This document shows positions 39,414 to 51,281 of a stretch of DNA of 64,000 nucleotides, one piece after another (within the stretch, counting starts at the first letter, position 1; each line of letters opens with the position of its first letter). A program made the position numbers and the translations under genes. A model generated the notes under the pieces. The model made no database searches and was not told where the DNA came from. It was given only the letters and a program-made list of their open reading frames with translations. This DNA is from Vulcanimicrobiota bacterium (GTDB lineage: Bacteria > Vulcanimicrobiota > Vulcanimicrobiia > Vulcanimicrobiales > Vulcanimicrobiaceae), in contig CAWHWQ010000001.1 in NCBI GenBank assembly GCA_963833095.1, positions 480,001 through 544,000 on the forward strand. The letters are read 5' to 3'.

Positions 39414-40136
39414 CTAGTTCTGGTGAGCGTGTAGGTCAGCGGTACGTTCTGCGCGCCGCTCGATTTGCGGTCGCCATGTTGAGCTGGACGTCTGAGTTGA
39501 GGTCCGAGCCAGTCGTCGCCTTGGTCAGCGCCAGAAGTGGCGCGGATGACGTGGTCACGGCCGTACCCGAGGTGCACGCGGTCGTGCTGTTCATCGAGAT
39601 TGCCGCCGCGCGGGCTGAGGCAGTCCACGCCGTGTTACCGGTGGTGTTCCACACGCCATCGGGCAGGATGCAGAGGAGCGACGCCGTTGCCGGCCGGTCG
39701 TAGTCTGTCGGCACGTCGGAGCGCCCGAGGCCTGAACGGTCAGGTTCGCGCCAAGGCTGTCATTGGTGACGATATAGGCGTCGATCGGCGTTGATTTCGA
39801 GGCAGTTGGTATAGCGGCGCTGTCTGCGGCACGAAACCGAAGTTGACGACGGGTGGCCCATGAGCCGTTAACGCCGCCGCCGTCTTTACCGGCAGCGTGG
39901 CCGAGCTGTTGCACGTGACGTGCTGCCGGCCGGGCTGTGGCCAGAAGATGTCGTTGGCAGCAGGCGTGACCGTAGGTCTGCGAGGCCGTCGTCTGAGTGT
40001 ACATCGTGATGGTCGCCGTAATGGCGTAGTTCCATTCGACGTTGACCGTTCCGGTCGGGGCCACGGCCAGAGCCGGGGCTGCGGTTGAGAGAAGAGCGCC
40101 CAGTGTGAGCAGCGCTGCGATGCGTTTAATGTTCAT
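39414..40136 (-). CDS. Probable major pilin-like subunit, multiple frameshifts
   Basis: Signal MNIKRIAALL...ALA, PTGTVNVEW, VNFG, C-terminus SGAQNVPLTYTL; own promoter and SD. Confidence 0.7.
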
Positions 40137-40163
40137 GATCCTTTCACCGTATGCGCGAGAGTT

Positions 40164-40175
40164 GCCATCCATGGC
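40164..40175 (-). promoter_or_regulatory. CsrA/RsmA-type site (ANGGAN hexaloop hairpin) in the leader
   Basis: GCC-ATGGAT-GGC on the minus strand; a second GGA lies in the SD (AAAGGATC-ATG). Confidence 0.6.
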
Positions 40176-40198
40176 GAGGATTAGTAGGTACATAGAAC

Positions 40199-40226
40199 TT
40201 ATCGGCAGCCTTAAGCCCCTGGTTAG
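40199..40226 (-). promoter_or_regulatory. Sigma-28 (FliA/SigD) promoter
   Basis: (C)TAAC-N15-GCCGATAA; the -10 matches consensus exactly. Confidence 0.72.
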
Positions 40227-40387
40227 TAGCTGTGCGTGCAGGGGGCGTTAAGAAATGCCTAGAGGTTCGGTAAAGAAGCGCGGACCCGCGATTTCGCGGC
40301 ATTTGTGCGCATAAACACTGCGCAAAGGAAAAGGCGCCGCGCAATATCGCGACGCCTTGGTTTACACGTGGCGGAAAAAACTTTAGC

Positions 40388-43300
40388 TTAATTTCCAATC
40401 AAAGTGTAAAGAATTGTCACTTGGTGGCCCGAAATATCGGCGCCGTTCATGAATCTCAAAGTTCTGCAGCACATCGTAGTCGGGGTTATTGGCCCCGTAA
40501 TTGCCGCAAGCAAGCGTCGTGCTCGACGCGGTCGGACTAAAGTACGTGCGACGCCGGTGCCGTAAGTAAGGCCGCTAGTGGAGTTTGTTTCGTCCACTGA
40601 GGTCAGCAGCTCCGTCGTCGCATTGGCCGAAGCCGAGACTTGTAGCTGCCACGTATTGGCGACGGTGCCGGCCCCCGCCGGGCACGTGGCTGTTAACTGT
40701 CGATCCTTCGTACACGACAGTCGCACGAACGACGTCGGTGCCTGTAATCGTCGTGTTGGCGCCGAACTCACCGAAGTTCACGGTCTCGCCCGAGAACGTG
40801 CATTGCGCGGGATTGCAGACCACGTTGGGATGCGAGTTACCCGGCCCCGGATTTGACGGGTCGACGCTGATCGCAAGGCCCAACGAGAACGCCACCGACA
40901 CCTCATCCGAACCCGTCCAGGCCAAGCCGGCCGTGACGCCATCGATCGTCGAAGGGAACAAATAACTGTCGCTTTGCGTGTTCGGCGTATTGGCGACGAA
41001 CTCAACGGCGATGTTCGAGTCTGTAGCGAGGCCGGTGCAACCGCTCACCTGGATTTGGCCCGGGGTGCTCCCAGGCGTCGGGTTGAACGTTTGCGCGACA
41101 TTGATCGCGCATCCGGCCGGGAGACCTGTCGTCACAAAAACGCCGGCGTTGATCCTTCCGAGCACGACGTATTGCGTGACCGGACTTCCCACGAGGGACC
41201 AATCGGTTCCGCTCGTCGCTAGCCCGTTGATATCGAAGGCGGGTAGCGAGATGTTGACGGTCGCGATGTTCTGACCGCTCGAACTCGTATTGGTCACTTC
41301 GAAGATAAAACAATTCGGTGACTTCGAAACCGACGCTACCGTGTTGGTGAGGACCGTTAGAGCCGTCGAACAACTCGCGTCGGTGGCTCCTTGCTTAACC
41401 GAGTAGAACTTCGCGCTCGCCGTCTTGGATGACGAGGTCACGGTCACCGTCTTGGGCGCTGACCAGCCTCCGCCGTTCGCGCCATGCGCGTACAGGTAGA
41501 ACGTCTGCGTTCCGGTTGTTGTATTGGCGAGATTGAAATTGATCGTGAGCATGCCGCCGGCTGCGACAGCATCCTGCTCTTGAGCAGCCGTACAGGCGGT
41601 TCCGGCCGTCGTCTGATAACCCGTCGGATAGGTAGGAGCGGTCGGCGGCTGCGGCGGCTCGTCGGTGGTGCGGCTGGTGTACATGAAATTGCAAACGCCG
41701 AAGTAGTACAGCATCGTATTTCCAGCCGGATTGTACGTATTCTCTCCGGTCGTGGTCCACGACGCAGAACCGGTACCGGTGAATGACCGGCGCCGTCAGC
41801 GCCCAGCCGCTGCTCGTCGTTTGCTCGATGACGATCGCATCCACGGGGTCGGGATTCGGATCCGCAGCGAACGTCGTGTTCCCGAACGTGAGCGAATAGC
41901 TCGTGGTCGTTGCCCCCGGCGAAACGGTCGACGGGTTGAACTGCGCGGCCATCAGGTTGCTGTTGAGCGAGAATGCTTGAATCGAAAGGCTGTCGACACC
42001 GCCCGTGGTGGCCGCGCCTCCAATAACGGGTATTTCGGATGTGCCGTCGGCGGTCAGCGTCGTAAAGGTGTACTCGCTGGTCGACCAGCCCTGCACTTGG
42101 AGTTCCTGTGAGATGAATGCTGCTTGCGACGCGGGGACGTCAAGCCAAACTTGCCCCTGCCCGCCGGGATTGATTGCCACCGTCGTATTGCTGCCATTTA
42201 CCGCATTGTACGCGCTGCCGCCCGGGTTCAAACAAATCGCATTGGTTGGCAGGGTGGTTTGGCACGCGTTGCCGCCGGTCGTCGCGAGCACGTAGTACTT
42301 TCCACCGCCGTACGACGGCTCGCTCGGATCGATCGTGATCGCGGAGCAGTCGATGTTGGTCGGGAACGTGATCACGATCTCGCCGAGGCCATAACTGCTG
42401 GCCGCGGAGCAGCCTTGCGAGGGCGCCTTGTTTCCGCTGCACGACGCCAGATTGACGGCGAGGATATCTTCGCGGCCCGCTGCCAGCGCAAACGGCGTGC
42501 TGTTTTGGTAGTCGGCTTGCGCAAATGGGCTGTAGTAAAAATGCGTGTCCGGGAACGGCGACGGCGGGCTCGTGGCTTCCGTAACGGTCAATCGCGACGT
42601 ATTGCCCGGGAATGTGCCCGCGCCGATGTAATGCGCGTTGACGGTACCCGAAAGCGATGCGCCCGAACTTCCATACGTGACCGGCGACCACGCCGGGGAG
42701 GCTGCATTCGTGCTCGACCATGACAGGCCATCGGCGGGAAGGATGGACGTCGTGGTCGCGCAGGGCACGAGGTAACACGGCCACGCTCCGGTTCCGCCCT
42801 CGCCGTAGAACGTCATACCCGAGACGGTGATCGATTTGCCCGGAAGCAGCGTCACCTGGTTGGACGGTGAAAACTTGAGCACGCAATAGTCTCGCGGACC
42901 GGCGGTCGCGGGATTGGCGATGTCACACCAGTCGGTAAGCGTCCAACTATTTCCGCTGGTATCCACAACGGTCTCCGAACATCCGCCCGCGCTGTTGTAC
43001 GCGCCGGTACAGGCGCCCAGTGTGATACCCACGCCGCCGATGGTCGTCCCGTTCGGAAGTTGCGCCGGCGGAGTAAAGGTCCCGTTGAGCGTCGAGCCCG
43101 GTCCCGTCGTGTATTCGATACCGCGAATCGGGTCCGGTGCGTTGGGATAGTTGAAGTTGGCGGTGTTGGTGAAGACCATACTCGCGGCAACGTTGTAATC
43201 GCCGCCGGCGCAGCAGCCGAACGTCATCGTGTTGCTGTTGACGCCGCCGATAACGAACTGCGTCTGTATGCTATAGCCCATCAGTTGGAACGCCTGCGAG

Positions 43301-44794
43301 GCTTCGACCGTCTGCGTCGACGGATTGTAGAGCTGCATCGTCCAGATATTGTTTGGATATGTGCCCGGCGAGTTCAGGATCGGGTTCGCACTCGAAAACG
43401 CGAAGGTTCCGGTCGCCGTGCAGGTCGGAGAATTATTATTCACCAGCGTGCACGTTCCCGGGATCGTATTGGTCGTTTGAACGTAAACGACTTGACCGTC
43501 AGGATCCGTCGAGGTCATACGATACGTGCCGCCGACTTGATTGGGAACCGTTCGCAACGATGCCGCCCGTCGACTGATCGATCGCGCTGTCCCACGCAAA
43601 TAGTATTGCCGACGGCGTTGCCGGCGCGGCGGGCGACGGAGCCGGTGCCGGCGACCCGAAAGAGCAGGAATCCGTACTGCTGGAAGCCGGTCAGCGAAAC
43701 CTGAACCTGGCCGACCGTTTGACCCGCCGTCTTGTCGTACACGACCACCGAGTACGTTCCAGCCTGTAAGCCGTTGTTCAGCGCCCACGTCAGCGAGAGC
43801 TGGCCGCTCGGCGCTTGGATGCCCGGCGAGTTCGCGGGATTACAAATCAGTGCGTTACGGCGCCCCGCTGGGCATTGGACTCGGTGACCCCGGCGCGGGC
43901 GTCGAATTCGGCGTCACGTAGACGCAGTACGAATTTACCGATGTCGACATCACGTACACAACGTAGGTGTCGTTGGTCGAGACGTCCGGAAGATAGATGT
44001 ACGCCGCCGAGCTCGTGTTGACGTTGAACTGATATGACGCTTGACGTATGATACGGGTCCTGGTAGACGCCGATCGAGAACGACTGCCCGGCATTCACGT
44101 AGACGATCGAGACGATGACTTTTGCCGTCACGTCGTAGACAAAGAACGCATAGGTTCCCTGCGCGCTAAGCACGGTTACGTGCGCGGTCGGCGCGTTGTA
44201 CGCATAGCCGTTCGTGCCGACTAAGGTCGCGGTCGTCGAGTTCGGCAGCACCTGGTAGTCAGCGTAGGTGTCGGTCGTGCTCCAGTCGCCGTTGTTGGTC
44301 GCTTCCCACGTGAGCGAACAGCCTATCGCGTAGAGCGCGCCCTGGGTGCCGCAGTTGTTCCCGGCAGTGAGGTCGACGGTGGCACCGGTTGCGGCCAGCG
44401 GATGATAACGACCACCCTTTGCCGTTGCCTTCGGGGTTGCCGTATTCGCCGCACTCCGCAAGGGGAGGACCGGCAAGCATGAAAGGGGCACCTTCTCGCC
44501 CGACTTGATAGCCTGGAGGTTGATCCCAGGACAGTGGCCGGGCACGGCACGTCTTGCGCCATTCGCCGGAATCGGCAGCGCGGTAGCAAGCGGTCTTGAT
44601 GAAATCCCCGGGTGCGGATTGACTGGGAGACGCGGCGGAGCGACGTCGCCGCCGGCAAATGCAGCCGTTGCAATCACCAGTGACGCGAGAGCCGAAAACG
44701 CTGCGGCCGCCCAACCGCGCATACGTGGGCGCAAGTTCACGCGAGAGAGCTTTTCACGTAGCGTTGACCTTGTCGCCATGCGCGAGGGTGCCAT
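40388..44794 (-). CDS. Large secreted adhesin-like protein (about 1450 aa reconstructed) with C-terminal pilin-like domain; several frameshifts
   Basis: Signal-like N-terminus; T/S/G/N-rich beta segments with Cys pairs across ORFs 43847-44794, 41395-43788, 40575-41714 and 40388-40771; TVNFG; ends ILYTLIGN. Confidence 0.65.
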
Positions 44795-44818
44795 CCGTTG
44801 CTAGAGTGGGGAGCAAGT

Positions 44819-47800
44819 TTACAACAGTTCTATCGGTATCGGGCCTCGGGGAGTTAATAACAGTCCGTGTAGGGGAAGTAAAGTTAGCTGTTTTTGGAAC
44901 GTAAAGACGCGCCCGCTAACGGGCTTCCCAAGCACGGTTTGCGTCCCGTCCTCCCACGTGATTTTGTCCCCCGGGTGGACGTCGACGAGGAAGCGCGCTC
45001 GGACCGTAACGGTCTGGCCGACCAGCGTTGTTGTGCGACAAAAACTGCACGATGACCAGCGGCAACTTCGGATCCACGGTAAGGATTGTGTTCGGTGAAA
45101 TCGTCGTCCCGTGGACGCTGCCGTCGATCGGAGATGGACCCGCGGCTTGCGTGATATGGGGACCTCGATCTCGCCCAGCCACTTTTCGGCTTCTTTGTCA
45201 TACGCAAGCGTGACGCGCTTTCCAAAGCAGTAGCAAAAATGTCCTGCGCGTCTGCCGGCGCAGCTAATCGAACAGTGGTCGTCCCACGGGGGGGCAGCCG
45301 CGTCTCGCTCAGATGGATCGTCGGCTCGGCGGCGGCGGTGCGGCTCCCCCACCGGAAAGCAGCGAGAAGACCACCTTCTTTTCGAACGCGCCGACAAGGA
45401 ACTGAATCCGCTGTAATGTTCGCCCGGAGCCAAGTGCACGGTTACCTGTCTGGCGAGGCGCCGAGGCTCGGCAGGAATCGTTTCAGGATCGACCGAGACC
45501 GTATAATCTCCCGCCGGAAGTTATCGATGATGAAGCTGCCGTCGTCTTCGTCAATGGCGGCGTAGCTCGCCCGGCTCGCCAACCACGTAGGCATTGATGC
45601 ACACCGACTCCGGCCTGTTTGCCCATATCCTTCGCATCACAATCGTGCCCGCAATCGAACCGAGCAGTTGCGCGCGAAAATCGAAAGTAGCGTATCGGCC
45701 ATCGCTCACGGAAATTTTTTGCACGAGGTCGGACGGCGCAAAGTCGGCGCTCGCCGGAATGGATTGCGGAATGACCGTGACCACATGTTGCCCCGCACTC
45801 AGACCGCCGAACCCGAAGGCTCCGCTGTTATCGGTTTGCGCATAGGTTCCGCCGTCGACCCGAAGTTGCACGTTCGAGAGCGGCATCGGGTTGCCGAGGA
45901 ATCGGTCCCGTACACGTGGCCAAGAATACCGCCATAGGTGCCGATGTAAAACGACGCCGTTGCCGCCTGTCCACCTTGAACCGTGATGGTCTGCACCGGA
46001 TTGCTTGCGGTGAACCCGCGTGGGATCGACGAATTGTCGATCGTGAACTTGGTGTTGGCCGGGCGGAACGAAGGAGAACTCGAAACTGCCGGTCACATCG
46101 GTGCGCTGGACGTATCTGTTGTCGAGCGTCACCAACACGTTGCCGACGCCGCCGCCGGAGTTCCCAAACGTTGCGAAGTTTGAATTCGCGCCTGATCCTG
46201 TGGCATTCGATCCCGCGATCAGTACCTTACCCGAGATCGTTGCCGGAAGGCGCGGATCGATTCGTCCACTCATGCTGGTATTTCCGTACGTGAACGGCGC
46301 GCTAAGCGCAATGGAGAAGACCCGAGTATGGCCGTTAGCCGCGGGATTGAGCCGGTCGCGTAGCGTTTGAAGCCGAATGGATGTCGTTACTGAAATCACC
46401 GGCGAGATCCGTTGCGTCAAGTTGATCAGCGGGAGTTCGTTGGAGCGCGTCGCTCGTATCCGAGATCGTTCGCGTGATCGTTTCGCCAATTTGTACGGTC
46501 GTTTTTTTCCATTGCTGTGCAACATCGAATGCAAAGCCTTTTTGCAGTCCCATGCCGGCGTTAGCGCGCCGAACGGGGTCGCCGTTGCATCCGGCGAGGG
46601 CGGTGCGGCAATTGCGTCGACTTTTGAATTTGCCCGCTGAGGCCGACGCTGAAGTGGCGTGCCGAACGGACGCCGTAGGCTCGCCAAGACCGATTGGGTT
46701 TCGTTGGTTGCACCGTCGTCCAGGGTGCGCTGAAACTGGCCGCCGATGAGCGCACTCGTGTGAAGAAATTGCGTTGCCAGTGATACGACGCCGGTGTTCG
46801 ACCAGAGCATATTCGCCACCACTGTTTGCGTCTTGGCGCGTAAAGGTGAACGAGAGTCCACCGAATTTCGGCGTGGGCGAATAGCTGATCGTTTCAACCC
46901 GTTGTTCCGTCACGCCGAAGATCGCGTCGCCGGTCTTCTCGTAGTTCGCGTCGACAAAGACGGGTAAGCTCGAAGAGTGACAGTTCACGTCGGCATAGCT
47001 TATCGCTATAGATTTCGCCCGCGGTAAAAGTCACGAACTGATCGGGAACGCTGCGTACGCTCGCCGCGCACTCGCCGTTCTTCCCGAGATCGTCTAAGCG
47101 CAATTGCACGGCGATCCCGTGCGGCGAGCCATCGCCGCCCGACCGTGACTGCCATGCACCTTCTGCGATGAGGCTAAGATTATGCGGGCGGTCGCGCCGC
47201 CGAATTCGAGCATCTTCAACTTTCCGGTCGCGGGCCCCGCGGCGTAGCGTGAATCCGCCCTCGTAGAGGGTATGCCGCGGGCCTGCTGCACGAGCACGCC
47301 TTCGAGCCGTCGGTTTCCTCGTTCGGCCCCAGCCCGGTCCCTCGTAAAACGTTGCTTGCCCATAGCGCTGCGGAACCACTAATGAAATTCCGCGCAACGT
47401 TGAGCCCAACTGGAGTTGCCCGAGCGCAAGCAATTGCTGGATGCCGTATCCCAGCGAATACTTCGGGGTGGAGTAGAGGAACTGCGGCACTCCGAGCCGT
47501 CGAAGCGCCGTTGGCCGAAAATCCGAAGGGAAACTTCAAGTCTGTGCTCGTGGTCGCGGTGCGGCGGGAGACGTCCGCGGTGAAGCCGGCGCCGATCTCG
47601 GCTGAATTCTGTGCGGTGGTCGATGCTTGCTGAAACGGAAAAGGCCCGGGCGAGGGCGTGCCGCTGGGGCCGGGCGTCGGCGTGAAAAACCCGGTCTGCC
47701 CAAAGGTGCTCGTGGTGGACGACTCGCCGAGCGAGAGACTGCCCGAGACATTGAACAAGAGTGGACCGCCGCTATTCGAGGGCAACGAGCGCGGGCTTGG

Positions 47801-47976
47801 GAGTCGGGGTCGGGACTGGGAGCCGGCGCTCAACCGCGCCGGCCCAGCCTGACCGCCGCCTCAACGGCCCGCGCCAGGGGTGCCAAAATATCGGCATCCG
47901 CCCGGCTGCCGCCCGCGGCGGCGCCGGCTGCGGCAAGCATCAGCACACAACCGAGTATCTGAAGAAGGCGGCCCAT
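44819..47976 (-). CDS. Large exported protein: beta-barrel-like N-half plus carboxypeptidase-regulatory/SdrD-B-like repeats (usher-like); heavily frameshifted
   Basis: SD AAGGAG, signal MGRLLQIL...; QRTDVTGSFEFSFVPPGQH and AQTDNSGAFGFGGLSAGQH repeats. Confidence 0.55.
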
Positions 47977-48038
47977 GGTTCTCCTTGGGTTTCGGAAAAC
48001 CGGGACCCGGCTCTTAATCAACCTTATGGCCCTTGGCC

Positions 48039-48066
48039 CAAACTTTTCGGGCCCCCGTGCCGATAG
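48039..48066 (+). promoter_or_regulatory. Sigma-28 promoter upstream of the flagellin unit
   Basis: CAAA(CTTT)-N16-GCCGATAG. Confidence 0.6.
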
Positions 48067-48107
48067 AAGTACTACAGGGAAGTTTCAGGGAGGAAACGAC
48101 TCCGTTC

Positions 48108-48405
48108 ATGGATGTGCTGGGGGGCAGCGATTTCGTTCTTCGGAACGGCTCGCGAGCTCGAATATTACACGGACTGTTGATGCGCGCGAAAGACGAAGTC
48201 TCTCGTGCAGTTTTCGTTTGTGTACCCAGCACCGGTTCTCAATCCGCTTCCGTCACGGCCGTCTGCACGTTGCACCGCATCGAGCGTATACAGCACATCC
48301 GCTCGATCGGTTTCGCACGTCCGCGCGGCCGTTGCCGATTTGCGGTTCATGGCGCACTCCATAGGATGGGAGCGCGCGGATGAACGTACAGATCGGAGCG
48401 GATGA
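48108..48405 (+). other. Possible small hypothetical protein (frameshifted) or long flagellin leader
   Basis: ATG 48108 (MDVLGGSDFVLRNG...); distant SD; no recognisable family. Confidence 0.3.
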
Positions 48406-49753
48406 CGTCCTGCTGAACCTCGACCGCAATCAGCTCGCGTTCGAGAAAACGGTTCAGCAACTCTCATCGGGGCTGCGCATCAACAGCGCAGCCGATGATC
48501 CCAGCGGCAACGCGATCGCGACCAATCTCACGAGTAAAGTCGGCGGCCTCCAGCAATCCGTCAACAACGTGCAGAACGGTATCAACGCGCTCAACGTTGC
48601 CAACGGAGCGCTCGAAACCGTTCAAAACATTCTCGTGCGCGTCAATAACCTGCTCGTCGAAGCGAACAGCGACATTAACTCAACGTCAGACCTCCAGAAT
48701 ATTCAAGCCGAGATCGGTCAGCTGTTGACCGAAATCAACACGATCGGCGAAAAGACCAACTTCAACGGGTTGAATCTACTCAACGGAAAATTCGATATAT
48801 CGCGAGGAACAAATCCGTCGATCACTCAGGTAGCATCACCGACCGGCGGATCGCCTACAGTCGTCAACGCCTACGGGATCACTAACGGTCCGGGTACTCC
48901 CGGTCCACTCATTACCAGCGCGATGATCCCGTCAGTCGGCGGCTTCAACATTCCCGCGTTAGTCGTCTTTACGGTGCTTAGCCAAGGTAATAACGTCGTC
49001 GATCCAGATACCGGTACCGTTCCATTTCCCGGCGCCGGTGTCTTGATACAAACCGACGTGTACAGTACTGCCGGTGCGTCCTTCGGCAGCGCACCGCTTT
49101 ATCAAGACGTTTCGGCGTATCCAGCTGCCGCAGGCAACAACCCGTTTGGCACGCTCGCGCTCTTTGCTCCGCAAGGCGCGACCAACATCCTGAACTACAC
49201 CTTTGGAAACATCACCCAGCAAGATGTTGGCGCGTCACAAGCATTCCTCATAACGTCCGGAACCGGAGCCGCGACGGGCACGGCCCTCACGATCAACGAC
49301 GGGGGCGACGAGGGCCAAACGGTCGGCTTCAGCCTGCCTACCGTTAACACCAACGCACTCGGCATCTCGCAAATCTCATGCGAATTGCCGCAGGTGATAA
49401 CCATCGTGCCCGGGTCAGGCGGTACGCAAGTCGTTTCGACTGCTGCGAGCAATAGCGTGGTCGCGTCGAATTCGCAACTCCTTGTTAAGAACGCGCTCAC
49501 GCAAATTACAACCAACGAAGCGCAAATCGGTGCGCAGATCGTGGCGATGGGTGACGACAGCGCCAACGACAGCACCACGATCGTCAACTTGCAATCGTCG
49601 GCCAGCAACATCACCGATCTCAACGTCGGGCAAGCGACCACCGACTACACGCGCGAGCAAATCTTGACCAGCGTGGGCACCGAGGTGCTCTCGCAGATCC
49701 AGAGCAACGGCAAGATCATGACCGCCCTGCTCATCCAAGCGCTGATCGCGTAG
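48380..49753 (+). CDS. Flagellin
   Basis: LSSGLRINSAADDPSG, NVQNGIN, TNFNGLNLLNG; C-terminal AQIGAQ, ASNITDLN, REQILTSVGTEVLSQ; SD GGGAG 7 nt upstream. Confidence 0.93.
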   Translation: MNVQIGADDVLLNLDRNQLAFEKTVQQLSSGLRINSAADDPSGNAIATNLTSKVGGLQQSVNNVQNGINALNVANGALETVQNILVRVNNLLVEANSDINSTSDLQNIQAEIGQLLTEINTIGEKTNFNGLNLLNGKFDISRGTNPSITQVASPTGGSPTVVNAYGITNGPGTPGPLITSAMIPSVGGFNIPALVVFTVLSQGNNVVDPDTGTVPFPGAGVLIQTDVYSTAGASFGSAPLYQDVSAYPAAAGNNPFGTLALFAPQGATNILNYTFGNITQQDVGASQAFLITSGTGAATGTALTINDGGDEGQTVGFSLPTVNTNALGISQISCELPQVITIVPGSGGTQVVSTAASNSVVASNSQLLVKNALTQITTNEAQIGAQIVAMGDDSANDSTTIVNLQSSASNITDLNVGQATTDYTREQILTSVGTEVLSQIQSNGKIMTALLIQALIA

Positions 49754-49804
49754 CGCGGGTCGCCCGGCAGGGTTGACCCCACAACCTATACTTAAGGATG
49801 AGGA

Positions 49805-49966
49805 TACCTCGCTAGGTGAGGCGTCCACGTGATACACATGCCGCTGCCCCGAAACGTCGAGAGACGCCAAGTGAGGTAGAACAGACTGCGCCGACCTAAG
49901 GCGGTGTCTAACGCGGCTGGCGAGAGCCTAAGATCCGTGGTGCCAAAGCTCTGTCGCGATTGAGGT
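49805..49966 (+). ncRNA. M-box (ykoK) Mg2+ riboswitch
   Basis: CTCGCTAGGTGAGGC, GCTGCCCCGAAACGTCGAGAGACGCCAA, GAACAG, CTAAGG, CTAACGCGGCTGG, GTGCCAAAGCTC, CGATTGAGG follow the ykoK layout. Confidence 0.93.
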
Positions 49967-49971
49967 GGGTT

Positions 49972-51281
49972 ATGGCGTTTACGGAGGGGTTCATCTCCGA
50001 GCTGGTTGGCCGCAGGGCGACGGTGAACGAGATTCCGATCGGCCGGGTCAGCGATTTTCTCGTCAATAAGCCCGACGACGTCTTTCCCCGCATCGATGGC
50101 TTGGTCATCAAGACCTCACAGGGCCTGCGCTTCGCCCCGATCGACACCGTAGCGACCATCGACCCCGACGGCAAGACCGTCGCTCTGACGATGACCCCCA
50201 AAGAGGCGGCGCCCCCCGAGGAGAGCGCGCTGTTTCTGATTGCCGACCTGCTCGACAAGCAAATCGTCGACGTCGACGGCCGCAAGGTCGTGCGCATCAA
50301 CGACCTCGAGATCGCGCGCGCCGGCGATGGGCTGCGGGTGGTCGCCGCCGACGTCGGCGTCGCCGGGCTGCTTCGTCGCCTCGGGCTCAAGTCGTTCGGG
50401 AAGCGCTTCGTTCCGGGAATCTATCGGTCGATTCCACGTTCGATGATCGCCTGGGATTCCGTTGCCCCGATCCGCGATGCCAATCCGACGCAAGTCAACC
50501 TGTCGGTCACCGAAAGCAAGCTCTCGCGTCTGCATCCCTCGGAATTGGCCGAGATCATCAGCGATCTCTCGGCGCGCGAGGCAGCCGCCGTCGTCAGTCA
50601 ACTCGACGATGAGACCGCCGCCGACGCATTCGAGCATCTCGAGCCCGAAAAGCAGCGATCGCTGATCGAGGACATCGGCACCGAGCGCGCCGCCGACATC
50701 ATCGAAGAGATGGACGCAGACGACGCGGCCGACCTCCTCTCCGAACTCGATGAAGAACAGCAACACGAGCTGCTCTCGGAGATGAACGAATACACCGCCA
50801 GTGAACTGCGCGCGTTGGTCAAATACGCCGAGGACAGCGCAGGCGGTTTGATGACCACCGACTACACCTGGATCTACCCGCATCGCACCGCCGAGGCGAC
50901 GATCCGCAAGATTCGCGAGATCGCGCCGACCTCAGAATTCATCTACTATTTGTACGTGGTCGATAAAGAGGACACGTTGCTCGGCGCGCTCTCGCTGCGC
51001 ACGCTACTGCTTGGCGGATCCCGCGGCAGTCGATCGATACGATCATGGAGACGGACCTCGTCGCGATTCATCCCGACATGTCGTCCGAGGAAGTTGCGGC
51101 AACGATCGCACGGTACGATCTCCTCGCCGTGCCGGTCGTCGATGACCGCGGCAAGATGCTCGGCATCGTCACCGTCGACGATGCGATCGACGCCATCATG
51201 CCCGAAGACATGGTGCGCAAACTCCCCAAGTTCACCGCTCGTCATCGTTCGCATCATCCGAGTGCTAGCGTCGCCGGATAG
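49972..51281 (+). CDS. Soluble MgtE-like protein (PRC-barrel, MgtE_N, CBS pair, no TM domain), frameshift near 51020
   Basis: LLDKQIVDVDGRKVVRINDL, LHPSELAEII, DSAGGLMTTD, YDLLAVPVVD, GIVTVDD. Confidence 0.88.

Noticed and set aside
38400..47976. Fibre locus as a decaying pseudogene cluster or phase-variable locus
   Set aside because: No simple-sequence repeats were seen at the breaks and the error style matches that in housekeeping genes. It cannot be fully excluded without reads.
47980..48020. Sigma-28 promoter for the usher-like gene (TAAG...TCCGAAAC, minus strand)
   Set aside because: Poor -10 match and too close to the SD.
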